Below are positions 45,601 to 56,339 of a stretch of DNA of 64,000 bases, piece after piece. The DNA comes from Neophaeotheca triangularis (lineage: Eukaryota), in NCBI GenBank assembly GCA_054600435.1, contig BAAIJX010000015.1, positions 186,001-250,000 on the forward strand. Reading direction: 5' to 3'. Position 1 is the first letter of the stretch, and every line of letters starts with the position of its first letter. The notes beneath the pieces were generated by a model that was given only the letters and a program-made list of their open reading frames with translations, had not been told where the DNA came from and made no database searches. A program made the position numbers and the translations under genes.

Positions 45601-46181
45601 ACCCTGCCGGTGATCACTTGACATTACTGAACGTCTACAACGGCTGGAAGCAATCGCGAATGGCGGACCCTTGGTGCTTTGAAAACTTCATCCAACCGAA
45701 GAACATGAAGCGTGTCGAGGACGTTCGAAAGCAGCTCGCACAAATTTTCATCCGCCACCGTCTTAGCATCGTCAGCTGTGGTCGAGATACTACTCGCGTA
45801 CGACAAGCACTTTGCTCAGGTTTCTTCCGCAATGCCGCACGCAAGGATCCACAGGAGGGTTACAAGACGCTTGTCGAAGGAACGCCCGTGTTCATGCACC
45901 CTAGCTCAGCACTCTTCGGCAAGGCTGCTGAGCATGTCATATACCACAGTTTGGTGGAGACAACAAGAGAGTACATGCACAACGTGACCGCCATTGAGCC
46001 CAAATGGCTGGTAGAGGCCGCGCCGACGTTCTTCAAGGTCGCTGGTAAGGAGGGCCAGTTGAGCAAGAGAAAGAAAGCAGAGAGGATCCAGCCGCTTCAC
46101 AACCGTTTCGCCGGCGAAGATGACTGGCGACTCAGTGCGCAAAGGAGGCAGGGCAGAGGTGGAGGCGGCACTTGGGGTTGA
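42657..46181 (+). CDS. PRP22: Pre-mRNA-splicing DEAH-box helicase PRP22/DHX8
   Basis: S1 domain, RMTSPERWEIRQLIASG, Walker A GDTGSGKTTQ, DEAH, SAT, QRAGRAGR and C-terminal PLHNRFAGEDDWRLS. Confidence 0.97.
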   Translation: MEELEGLDDLSLQARVTSEIANYMGIRDSNVAGFVIAEHAKGSGAFRASMKEFEFPESLISSIDRLVSTLQPQQDNGATNHGGANKSDSVKSQKLSGLALPDGLPDFGEEKEKAEKGMDDTFAELEGLSKPTNGRKRSMSPINAHAQERGNKRSRRSRSPKRNNDYVFEDEFGRTRTYRSDRSPKRGRKRRDSYDRPPPAEVDEEPVPFKIYDGRVTGVKDFGCFVNLYNVKGRVDGLVHVSAMAEGKVNHPSDLVARDQEVKVKVMKVQDKRISLSMAEVDQVTGQDLQPGRRMQSAGTGANATGLKGEAGGGFGAGVPVVEGNFRGNKRNKKRMTSPERWEIRQLIASGVVKAADYPDLDEEHNAAISGEQIEEEEDVDIEVKEDEPPFLAGQTKQSLELSPIRVIKAPEGSMNKAAMESDVLARSRRDLRQQEAQDKAAEEAAKTDLGQEWNDPMVQPGERRFASDLRQPTQDVPTELPEWKKISTGRGDRGKKTKMSMKEQRESLPAFKMRDQFIQAVQQYQLLIVVGDTGSGKTTQLTQYLAEAGFADRGVIGCTQPRRVAAVSVAGRVSDEVGCRLGDEVGYTIRFEDKTNEKTRIKYMTDGIMQREILLDPSLSRYSAIMLDEAHERTIATDVLFGLLKKTLKLRPDMKLIVTSATLDAEKFSNYFNQCPILSIPGRTYPVEIMYAREPESDYLDAALTSVMEIHLNQEPGDILLFLTGKEEIDTSCEILTERMKALGKGIPELEILPIYGALPSETASKIFEPPPEGGRKVVIATNIAETSITIDGIFYVVDPGFVKQSAYDAKLGMDRLQVTPISQAQAKQRAGRAGRTGPGKCFRLYTEAAFQSEMLPTTIPEIQRQNLANTILMLKAMGINDLLNFGFMDPPPTNTMLTALEELYALSALDDEGLLTRLGRRMADFPMEPPLAKSLIISVELGCSEEMLSIVAMISGAQSVFHRPKEKQQQADQKKAKFFDPAGDHLTLLNVYNGWKQSRMADPWCFENFIQPKNMKRVEDVRKQLAQIFIRHRLSIVSCGRDTTRVRQALCSGFFRNAARKDPQEGYKTLVEGTPVFMHPSSALFGKAAEHVIYHSLVETTREYMHNVTAIEPKWLVEAAPTFFKVAGKEGQLSKRKKAERIQPLHNRFAGEDDWRLSAQRRQGRGGGGTWG

Positions 46182-46867
46182 GAAACTGCGTGAGCAAATA
46201 CTGCCAAGTTTCAAGGTGCTGTTGGACAGGCAGCAGAACTTTCCATAACCCAGGGATGTATGGGAATCTGATGCAGCATCACAGCACCACATGTTCGAGA
46301 CCAATTCCACATTTCCTCTCGTAGAATCTTGAAGGTCCCGACTCCCTACCTTATGCCGTGCTGATTTGAAGGTGAAGCAACGCTAAGAGTTTCTAGGTAC
46401 GAGCAAGCATGGCGCGTGGGTGGTTTGTGCCCTATGCTTGTAGATAGTAGTGGAGAGGCACAGATGGTCCTTTGCCGACAGCCGACCGGTGCTGCTTGTC
46501 ACCGGGCCATCCCGTCTCGATCGATGCCGATGCTTGACATCATTCCCATAGACAAGGTTCGCTGTAAAAACAAACTGGTCCCATTCATCAATCGGATGAT
46601 GAGAAATAACCTTATAATAATAGGTGACCCGTGGACTTCTACGATCAATAATCATGAGCGGTGGTAGACCCTCAATTGTCTAGTGTGCGAATCATGACGC
46701 AGCTTACTTACTACAGACCTACCAGTCTTCGGCGCACGTCGTCGTAGTAAGTCTGATCTTCCAGGTCGATCTCTTATTCTTTCTCTGAATACTGTCTGTA
46801 CCCACGTCGCCCACGCCACTTTTCTCGTTGGCCTTTCGAGCGAGGCTATTAGGCGCGTGCTGTGAAA

Positions 46868-48488
46868 ATGCATCTACCATGGCAAAAACAGAGCAAAGAG
46901 CAGGAAGAGACTGAAGAGAGCAGTAATCTGGGGCAAGAGAATGAAAAGCAGGAAAGCGGCGACAGCGAGGGTGGTGACCGAGAGAAGCAAGGCGGGCCCC
47001 CACAAGCGTGAGCTGCCCCATGTGCTCGCAGACGATACACGCCAGGATTCTAATAATGCAATAGAGTGGGATTTTGGGACTCCAGGCTTCGCCATGTTCG
47101 CAACGAAGCCTTTCTGAAGTGGACAATCACGACCGCCTTCCTCATGGCATTCATCCTGGGCTGCATGTCTATCTACTGGGCCGTGCTGTTCAAGGTCAAC
47201 GAGAACCTTGGCACTTTGGTGGTTTACGTTGTGGATATGGATGGGCAAGTAGCGCCGTACGACAACATCGGTGTTGATCCCCTCGTTGGTCCACAGATGA
47301 CACAGCTTGCTCGGCAGATGCTGTCGAGTAACCAGCAAACCCTCGGATGGGGTCCTTTGGATGCTGAAGCCTTTGACAATGACCCTAACAATGTCAAGCA
47401 AAGTATCTACGATGAGGAAGCCTGGGCCGCAATCATAATCAACCCGAACGCCACCGCTCTCTTGTACGACGCTGTTCAGAATGGGAACACGGACTATGAT
47501 CCAATGGGGGCTTGCCAACTCGTCTACGTTCAGGCACGGCAAGATACAGCTTGGGCATCCTACCTTGCACCACCGATTCGCTCGTTCCAGACACAAGCGA
47601 CAGCCCAAATAGGGCAGATGTGGACGGACATGGTGATGCAAAATGCCACAGGTAATCAGACACTGCTGCAAAATGTTGCTCAAGTACCACAAGCTCTGAG
47701 CCCGGCCATTGGTTTCAGCGAATTCAACCTAAGACCGTTTACGCCTCCCCAAGCCACGCCAGCCACTTCGATCGGCCTGATCTACCTAATCATCATATCA
47801 TTCTTCTCGTTCTCCTTTTACCTGCCGATTCACATGAAGGTAAGCAATCGGCTCAATGTTTACCCTGTTGGAAGAGCAGTACGCTGACGTTCCTGTACAG
47901 TATCTCAAACCTGAGGGGCATCCTCCTTTGAAGTTCTGGCAGCTCATTTTCTGGCGCTGGTGCGCCACTATCAGTGCATATTTTATGCTCTCTCTCGCCT
48001 ATTCATTCATATCCCTGGCATTCCAGATCAGCTTTTACAGCGACGGCTACAGTCTCGCGGACACTGAAGTCGCTCGTACCTACGGCGACTATTCGAACCC
48101 AGCCAAATTCGGCGACGGTACATTCCCGGTTTACTGGATGGTGAACTTTTTTGGCATGATCGCTTTGGGATTGGCTTGCGAGAACGCGACAATGCTTTGC
48201 GGGCAACCGTGGACGGCACTCTGGCTAATCTTTTGGGTGATTACCAACGTGTCAACATCTTTCTACGAAATAAGCCTGGCACCGGACTTTTATCGCTGGG
48301 GTTACGCATGGCCGCTGCATTATGTGGTGGAAGCAAGTCGAACTGTGCTTTTCGACTTGCATTCGGACCTCGGGCTGGATTTTGGCGTGCTGATTGCATG
48401 GGGAGCTGTTAACACGCTGTTGTTCCCGTTTTGCTGTTATTTCATGCGATGGAGGAGCCAGAATGGAGTGGTCATGTATTATCGATAG
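46868..48488 (+). CDS. SNG1-like (DUF3533) multi-pass membrane protein
   Basis: Exons 46868-47007, 47065-47839 and 47901-48488. Motifs SIYWAVLF, VVDMDG, AWAAIIINPNAT, IGLIYLIIISFF and FYRWGYAWPL. Confidence 0.85.
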
Positions 48489-48930
48489 AGCGGCATAGAT
48501 GCTAGAGGATGATAGCTCGTGAATCGCAACGGCTACACGTTCACGGAGCTTTTCGTCTCGAATACCTAGATTCCCGTGGGATAATGACACGGTTAGTAGG
48601 GTAATATGATTTAGGTTATTCATGTGAGTAAATAATGTGTAGAAGTGTAATCGCTCCCTCCCAAGAAACACGGGCCAATCTCGGGCTTTCAAAGGCGATG
48701 GTGTCGCGTGCCCTGGAACCCTCAAGACACTCGCCCGGCCAAAGCCAGTCCAAAACAAGCTTCACGATAAGTGAGGAAGCTCCGAGGGTGCATACTCACA
48801 CTGCCCAGGTGTACTTGAAGCTACCTATATCAACGACATTCCCTGCCATGATCCCCGCGGAACTCATCTGCGATACAGTCATGCATGCGTAAATATGCGA
48901 TAACCGAGGAACATTCGCGACACCGCCAAC

Positions 48931-50988
48931 ATGGGAGAGTCGAGCAGGGAGTCTTCCCGCGCACCGATTCTGCAGATTGACGACACAACCTCACTCACCA
49001 GCTTCCCGGACCCAACAGCTCCGGACACGCCACAAGATAATGGCGACCCGCATACAGCCAAGATGCCGCTGGATGGATTGCTGGATGTTTCTGGCCCTTC
49101 CATGTTCGACGAAAACAATCTCAATCTGAACGACCCTCAAGTGCTCTCGGCCGCTCCATCACATGTGCTCCAGGGAGTCATTGACCATCATGGCGCTTTG
49201 CAGCTTGTTCAGCGTCTCTCAGCGATGCTTGCCGAGAGAGACGCGCACGTGACGGCGCTGACGAGGCTGGCTCAAGACTACAATGCGCCGCCCGATCGAA
49301 TATCAGAAACCGCCTCACGAATCAAGCAGAGTGAGCGCAGAAGACTTTCGCTGGCTGGCGCCATGTCCGACAACCTCTTGTCTTCCAATGGCACTTCCTC
49401 CAACTATGAGGGTAGCGTATGTTGGGACCCGCGGCAAGATGCATCTTCCAGCGAGCGTCTACTGACGACAGCACAGGCCCTCGAGATTGCGCCGAGAGTA
49501 ACAAGTGGCGGAACGATCAAAGGCCTCACAAAGCTTTTCGGCGGCAAAACTGGGGTGAAAGCGACGAAACGTGAGAGTAACGTGGTGTAAGTCATTACAG
49601 CACAAGAGCTAGTGATTGAGAGAGTGGCCAGCTAATTTGCACCTCATAGAACGCCAGGATCCTCCAGGTCCACTTCAAGATCACACCGACCGTCAATTTC
49701 TCAGCAAGATCAGCCCAAAAGGTTGGCTTCACGTCTTGCCTATCACATCAGAGCGTCGGCTAATAGTCTTCACAGAGCGGCGAAAGCAGCCGAGCGGCCA
49801 AGATCAGTGGACGCGCAAAGCACTGAAAGTAACGCTTGGACGAGCCATCTTCTTTCCATGGGCAACAGGCGTCGAGATTCACGTGAGGTTAGGGAACCTG
49901 TCGAGATGACACCTCGGCACGATCCTGATCAACTTCCGCCAACACTAGTCTCACGGAATACTAATACTATCGACCGACAGGAGGCAGAGTGGAACCGATT
50001 CATCATGAAGCTGAACAAAGCTCGCGAAGAGTCTGGTGATCAGGCGGAAAACGGGGAGATGATTGGGGCTGCTCGATTCGGACGCGAGGGAAATCTCGGT
50101 CACAAGAAGATGGAGTCTCTTGCGCGCCTCGTCGTGGGGGGCGTACCAATGAAGCTGAGACATCCAATTTGGATGGAACTATCGAACACGTACGCGTTGA
50201 TGGTTCCCGATGCGTACCAGCACTATCTCAGCTTGAGGGATAGCAACGATGCCAAAGAGATCGAAGCGATCCAAAAAGACCTCCCGCGCACCTTGACGAA
50301 CAACACGGATTTCTACACAAACAAGGGCAGAGCGCGGCTTAGAAAGGTTCTCGTAGCTTTCGTTGGCAAGTATGAGGATCTGGGCTACACGCAAGGTCTG
50401 AACATGGTGGCGGGATATCTTCTCCTAGCGATCCCGGCAGAGGAAGACGCATTCTGGGTGCTTTGCAACATGGTCGAGAACTTTTTCCCGGCCAATTATT
50501 TCTCCCGCGACATGCCCATGAGCGGACCCCTGACCGACAGCGTGGTACTACGCCAGTATGTCAAGGAAATGCTGCCCGATTTGTCGCGCAAAATGGATGA
50601 CATGGATCTCGCGACGGACCACACGGTGCCTCTGGGTTGGTTCATGACAGCTTTCGCCTCGGTGTTGGACACGGACACTCTGCTCCGCGTGTGGGATGTG
50701 ATGCTCTGCCTGCCCAATCAGCGGACCTTTGTATTCAACGCCGCGGTCGCACTACTACAGATGCACGCTGACCGGCTGATGGAGTGCGATTCGGTCGGAA
50801 GCTATCTGGCGTACTGGACCGAGGTCAAGGTGGTGGAAGCCGACAAGGTCGATGACTTTATCAAGCTGGCCTTCAGTGCGGGCTTCCGCAAGAAGATTAC
50901 TGCGGCAGGCGTGGATGAGAGGAGGAAGTTGGAGATGAAGAAGGTGAGGAAGACGGCGAGCACGGAAGCGCTGTACTCTCCCGAGTGA
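48931..50988 (+). CDS. TBC-domain Rab GTPase-activating protein
   Basis: Exons 48931-49416, 49477-49586 and 49650-50988. Contains GVPMKLRHPIWMELS, Arg finger IQKDLPRT, Gln finger YTQGLN, EEDAFWVL and LRVWD. Confidence 0.88.
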
Positions 50989-51208
50989 TGTGGTGGTTTG
51001 GAGATGTTGTTTTGTTCCATGGGGGAGGGAAAACATCTGAGCTTGCCGGGCTTGTCATTGCCAACTGGAAGCGTTTGTCTATTCGAACAATACCCACATA
51101 GCAACAGTAGTACTTGGACTTTGAAAGAGTACTAAGGTAGTGTCACTAATAAGCGTCGGGCGGTATACCGGGAAGCTGTACAGCTATTACCATGATTAAA
51201 ACATGATA

Positions 51209-51515
51209 GTGGGGGGAATGCGCCATGGTCGTGGTCGCGGTCGGGTGGAGTAACCCTAACCCTTAGCGTCAAGTAGTAAAGCAGCTTAATCGAAGTTCGA
51301 AGGACATATGAGGCTAGAGCAAGTGCTCGAGTAGCCATTCAGAATGCTCACTTATCCGCTAGTGCATACACTATACTATAAAGAGCGGTGGTCGTAGGAC
51401 GACCATCGTGGTCGTCTGGCGACCACGACGGACACTAATGCGAGCCTCCCATACCACCTTATTGGCCACTACCTACTCCACCAACGCGACCACGACCATG
51501 GCGCATTCCCCCCAG
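51209..51515. mobile_element. 307-bp MITE-like element, probably Tc1/mariner-derived
   Basis: Perfect 30-bp inverted repeat TGGGGGGAATGCGCCATGGTCGTGGTCGCG (51210-51239 and 51485-51514), with a further matching GGTGGAGTA block inside. TA lies on both sides (51207-51208, 51516-51517). No coding capacity. Confidence 0.75.
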
Positions 51516-52087
51516 TAACTAAGGTAGGTATTGATTGATCTACCTACCTAGTCAAGAAAGCCTCGTGGGTCTGGGCTCGAAGCGGGCTCAGGGCTGTTTC
51601 AGCATTAGAAGCCAGGCAAAACGACTAGTAGCCGTCTCGCGTCGCTTTTAAGTTGACCCACGTTGACAGCAGCAAACTTGAACACTCTGCAATGATTGCA
51701 GTGGTATATTCAATTGGAGAATACAGAGTATCTATTCACCTCCTACCACACAGACGACCTATACAGTGGGGGGTAGGTACCTAGCCGTGAAGAAAATAGA
51801 CTCTGTAGCTGATACAATCTCGCACAGACGCAGCGTTCGCTTGATCCACCAAACCAAAACCCCGGCAATTGGCCAATTGGATGAACAAGTGGAGCTTGGG
51901 TCGGAAGGAGGGGCGTACCTTGCAGAAGAGTACTTAACCTAACCTTATGTATGTAGGCTGTAGGTAGGTAAGTTAGTGGGTAAGTTAGTGCAGATGCCAG
52001 ATGCGTGCACATGTGACATGGGGGAAAGGACCCGCCCGTTTCTTTACGTCTCTGCCTAGTACTAGTATACACAACCACACTCGCTGC

Positions 52088-52114
52088 CCTCCTCCTCCTC
52101 CTCCTCCTCCTCCT
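52088..52114. repeat. (CCT)9 microsatellite
   Basis: Read directly. Confidence 0.9.
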
Positions 52115-52504
52115 CATCCTTCTTCCCTACCCCCTACCATCCAGCTCGCTGGCAACCACGACGCCCACCCTCGTTCCTACGTCCACCCCCCTTCCTTACC
52201 CTCCGGTGCAACGACTGCAGCTGTAAGGAAACCACGATCGCTATCATTTGCCGTTCTCTGTCGCTCGTTCACGCAACCTAACCTCCCCTCCTTCCACTGC
52301 TGTACGAGGACACACACACACCTTCACCGTTCAAAGCACCACGCGACCAGCATGATCACCCCTCCTACCAATCGCCTTCCCGTGACTACTTCGACCTAAC
52401 GCGTCTCTTCGATACCGACATCGCCGCATCTTGACTAGACACCTCCGCTTGCCCATTTCGGCACCATCGCCCTCCTCGATCCCGGATTTTGGAGATTGCA
52501 GACC

Positions 52505-54438
52505 ATGGAGCTGCGGGTGTCGAGCATATCATGTCACCGGACAATTAAGAACGAGAACAGGCATCACACATCAAACCCGGGCGGCCCATCGAAGAAACAG
52601 ACTGCGACACGTCGATCGGCAGCATCAATCCCCAGCGCGGACATGGGCCAGGAGCGACATGGGCGCACGCGCAGCCTAAAACTTTCAAAGCTACGCAGCT
52701 CGCAGACTTCGACCACGGCTTGTGCTCTTCTCCTCGCGAGTCTTCCTATAATGGCCACGGCGCAAGAATGTATATCGCTCGCAGAATCATCGGCTTGCCC
52801 GGCCTTCAATGCTTCCTCAATCTCAACAGATAGCGATCTTGTTGGCCTTTTCCCTTTTTTGTCCGACGTCACAGATGTCTCATCTTTTGACAGTCAGCTA
52901 CGCGACTACATTGCCGGTGACTTTGTTGAGACGAGGTAGGCTGCATCATTTTTTGTGCACACTTCGCGGTCCATCAAGTACTAATACTTTCCAGGTATGA
53001 GCAGCTGATAGGTTGCGACAGTGTCGATCTCTCCGACACGGACGACTTCTACGCCAGATACACCACTAGTGTCTTATGCAACGCAATAATACAAAATTCC
53101 ATCGATCCGTGCGGGCTCCAAGGCACAGCAGCTAACCCTCTCTGCGCAGACTCGTGCGCCAGCTACGCGCAGAGTGAGCAAGAGATTGCCGCGAGCAATG
53201 TATGCGGCAATGCCGGCGACAATGCTCTTACCCAGATCCGCGCGGATTTCACCAACTGCGCTCTCCCTGCGGATTCTATAACCGGGAGCTGCATACCAGC
53301 TTACGAGAACCAACCGGACGACTGCGGCTTCACGACCAACCTCGGCGGCTTGTGCTCGTACTGCGCAGCGAGCTCTCCTAACTCGACAGACTCTTGCTGC
53401 GTGTTTGCAGAGACTGAGAGCAGATGTGAGGACGTGACGTTGCCGGTTGTAGCGACGTCCTCTTTGAGCGCCATCGTCACCACCATGACTGCAACTCCAA
53501 CATCAAGCCCGTCTCAGAGTAGCACAGGGACCGCGGCAGTGGCAGCAGGGGCTAACTCGGACAATCCTGGTCTTGCTGGTGGTCAGATAGCAGGGATAGT
53601 AGTAGGAGCCGTGTTGGGAGCTCTGTTCTTGTTGGCGCTGATCATTGGAGGGTGTCTGTTTTTGAGGAAACGAAGGAGTAGTAGTCCTGCGAGCAGCATC
53701 TTCAACCAACCAGCAACCACGCGCAAGCAGCCCCCGATGGCGCACAACAACGACGGAGGACGAGACCAGGAAAGGGCAGGCATGGCAGTTTTACCAGGCG
53801 GTAGAGTCGCACGTATGTCAGCCTTGGAGCGATCAGAAACCTCTGACAATCATGACACATCGCCCCTCGCCATGGGAGGGGCATACAACGGAAAGTCCTC
53901 GTCTTCTGACGATGGTACTCCTGAGTATCACGGCCTGGCGCCTCCACCCAGACCCAAGAGAAGTGGTTCGCTCTCGAGTGGCTCCCAGCTTGCTCTCGCC
54001 GGCGCGGAGCAAGAGACGTCTCCGAGTACAGACGCCTATACCTCGCCTGACTCGAATGGACAGAGCGAGCGGCTCGCTTTCTTCAAAGATTACTACTCCC
54101 AGGATGAGATCCATTCCGGAGACCTCGTATCGACACTTTGGGCTTACGAGCCTCGCGCCGCCGATGAGTTTCACCTGGAGCGGGGCGACATGATCAAGGT
54201 CATTGGCATCTGGGACGACGGATGGGCCACTGGAGTGAGAGTGAGGCAGAAGGCAGAAGATTGGGGACCTCCGAAGAAGTTTCAAAGGGACAGCGCGCAG
54301 AGCAACACTAGTGGAGACGACTCGCCTGGATCGACCGATGGGGAGGGTGAGGTCAAGGCCTTTCCTCTCGTATGCGTGTGCGTGCCTAAGCATTGGCGCA
54401 GAACCATCGAGGGCGATTCGACAGAGGGTACGGGATGA
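52505..54438 (+). CDS. Single-pass membrane protein with Cys-rich ectodomain, Ser/Thr stalk and cytoplasmic SH3 domain
   Basis: Signal-like ACALLLASLPIMATAQ, intron 52936-52994, Cys-rich region, TM IAGIVVGAVLGALFLLALIIGGCLFL-RKRR, SH3 LWAYEPRAADEFHLERGDMIKVIGIWDDGWATG..FPLVCV. The start codon is uncertain (52505 or 52643). Confidence 0.82.
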
Positions 54439-55089
54439 GTGGCAATGCCAGCGATTTCTCATGACATCTCTCCGAAGAGTAAACCATGGCATTGCTAAAA
54501 CTTTCCATGATCACCAGGCATGGCGTGGCGTTTTGCGGTGTACGAAAGCCGCCCTTTGACAGGAAACACGATCGCGTGCCTCACCGGGGTCCGCCTTTTT
54601 TTTTTTCGGGCCGTTGGTTGTTGACTTTCATCGCTTTCTTATATGTCTTTTGTTGTTACATACCTTATACCCGGTCCAATTCAGGACCAACGTATCTGAT
54701 TTCGAAGGAGAATTTGCTGATGGGAAGGTTGGGGGGGGGGGGGGGCTGTCTTGGACGAGCACAGAGGGCTGATTATGAGCGGTAATGTGTACAGCATAAG
54801 CAGATAGATGAGCGGAATGGACACGACAAACATCAAATTGACGTCGCCTCTTTCCATCGAGCTCTCTTCATCTAGAAAAGCTTCCCAAAAACTTATGGGA
54901 TTTAAGGAGACACGCCTACTTCGGGGGCTCCAATAATGGCGGTTAAATTCGCCAGTTATCGGCAATCAAGCCGGCGTTTTTGGTCAGCATCCGGCAGTTT
55001 GAACGCCTCGAGACTTCATCTTTCCGCATGCCTCTTTATAAGCAATAGGCCCTCGCATCGACCTTGTATAAAAACGGCGGCATACATCA

Positions 55090-55939
55090 ATGCTCCATCC
55101 ATACGTAAGTGGTATTCGAAGCTTCTCGACCAGAGCCCTATTGTTCCCACGTCACACTCTTTCCTATCAAACGAGACGCTCGTTCTCCACGTCCTTCCTG
55201 CAACAGAGCAGCAGCAGTAGCAGCAACATATCACTCGCAAGAGAGCTAGAAAGTATGGAGGGCGCATTCAAAGAGATGGCGGACGAAGGCGTGCCAGCAG
55301 CCTCGCAACCGACCGAAGTCTCGAAACCGCACAAAGAAGAGCAACAGCTGCCGGAGCTGAGCGCGCAAGACTTTCGAATCTACAACCGCATGGCAGAGCA
55401 CATGGACATGTTTGTAAGTCGCCCCGCCCCGCCCACGAGGAAAAACCCCCGGGTGATCGCCCCCCGTCCTCATTCTAACCCGCGCCGTTCCCGGCCAATC
55501 GCCAACACAGCACGAGAACTTCCGCCGCTCGTGGAAGACCCTCTACACAGCCTGCACGAACAACAAGCGCCCTCCCGGCACGAGCATCCGGCAATTCATC
55601 TCCCTCGCCGACGACTTCTGCCACCACCTGACCGTGCACCACACCATCGAAGAACAGCACATTTTCCCCTTGCTGGCGAAGCGCATGCCGGCTTTCCGCA
55701 AAGAGCTGGACCTCCTCACGCACCACAAGCGTATCCACGAGGGCTTGGACAAGTTGCAGGTCTGGCTTGCCGAGTGCCGGAGTGGGGAGAGGGAGTTGCA
55801 GTTGAGGGAGATGAAGGGCTTGTTGGATGGGTTTGGGGCCGTGCTTTGGGAGCATCTGGACGCAGAGGTCGAGGAGCTGAGGGCGGAGAATATGCGCTTG
55901 TATTGGAGTAAGCAGGAGATGGCGAGGTTGCCTATGTGA
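55090..55939 (+). CDS. Hemerythrin (HHE cation-binding) domain protein
   Basis: Intron 55414-55510 joins YNRMAEHMDMF to HENFRRSW; metal-ligand motifs HLTVHHTIEEQHIFP, HKRIHEGL and HLDAEV. The start could be 55090, 55255 or 55276. Confidence 0.85.
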
Positions 55940-56193
55940 GGTGGTTTTGGGGGAGGTTGGGTCATCTCTGGAGGACTGGCTGTTTTGGGGGCCAAAGGTT
56001 GGGTTGGGGTGGGTTGGTGGGGGCGTTGTTGTATGCGCGGAGATCATATAACACGACATCCTGTTCCGTGTCTTTTGCAACCATCCTATTGTTCAACTTG
56101 ACCTTCCAAATGATTGTGTAGCGTATGCATATCGGAGGGTTGGCACTGTAATCCCTTTTGGAAAAAATCTCTGGGGGAAGATTATTGACACAT

Positions 56194-56197
56194 TATA
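56194..56197 (+). promoter_or_regulatory. TATA element at -27 of the left 5S gene
   Basis: TTATAAA context; the right copy has TATA at the identical offset (56997-56994). Confidence 0.55.
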
Positions 56198-56220
56198 AAC
56201 GTTGTTGCTAGAGATCCGCC

Positions 56221-56339
56221 ACATACGACCACAGCTCAGTGAATCTAAGGCATCCCGTCCGCTCTGCCATATTCAAGCACTGAAGCGGGTGACTAGTACT
56301 ACGGTGGGTGACCACGTGGGAATCCCACCTGTTGTATGT
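56221..56339 (+). rRNA. 5S rRNA gene (left copy)
   Basis: ACATACGACC...CCCGTCCGCTC...CTAGTA...GGTGGGTGACCAC...GAATCC...GTTGTATGT, about 119 nt. Helices I-V pair by inspection, and an oligo-T Pol III terminator follows. Confidence 0.93.

Noticed and set aside
46874..47692. 272-aa antisense ORF over the SNG1-like gene
   Set aside because: Mirror-frame shadow of the sense CDS with no domain features.
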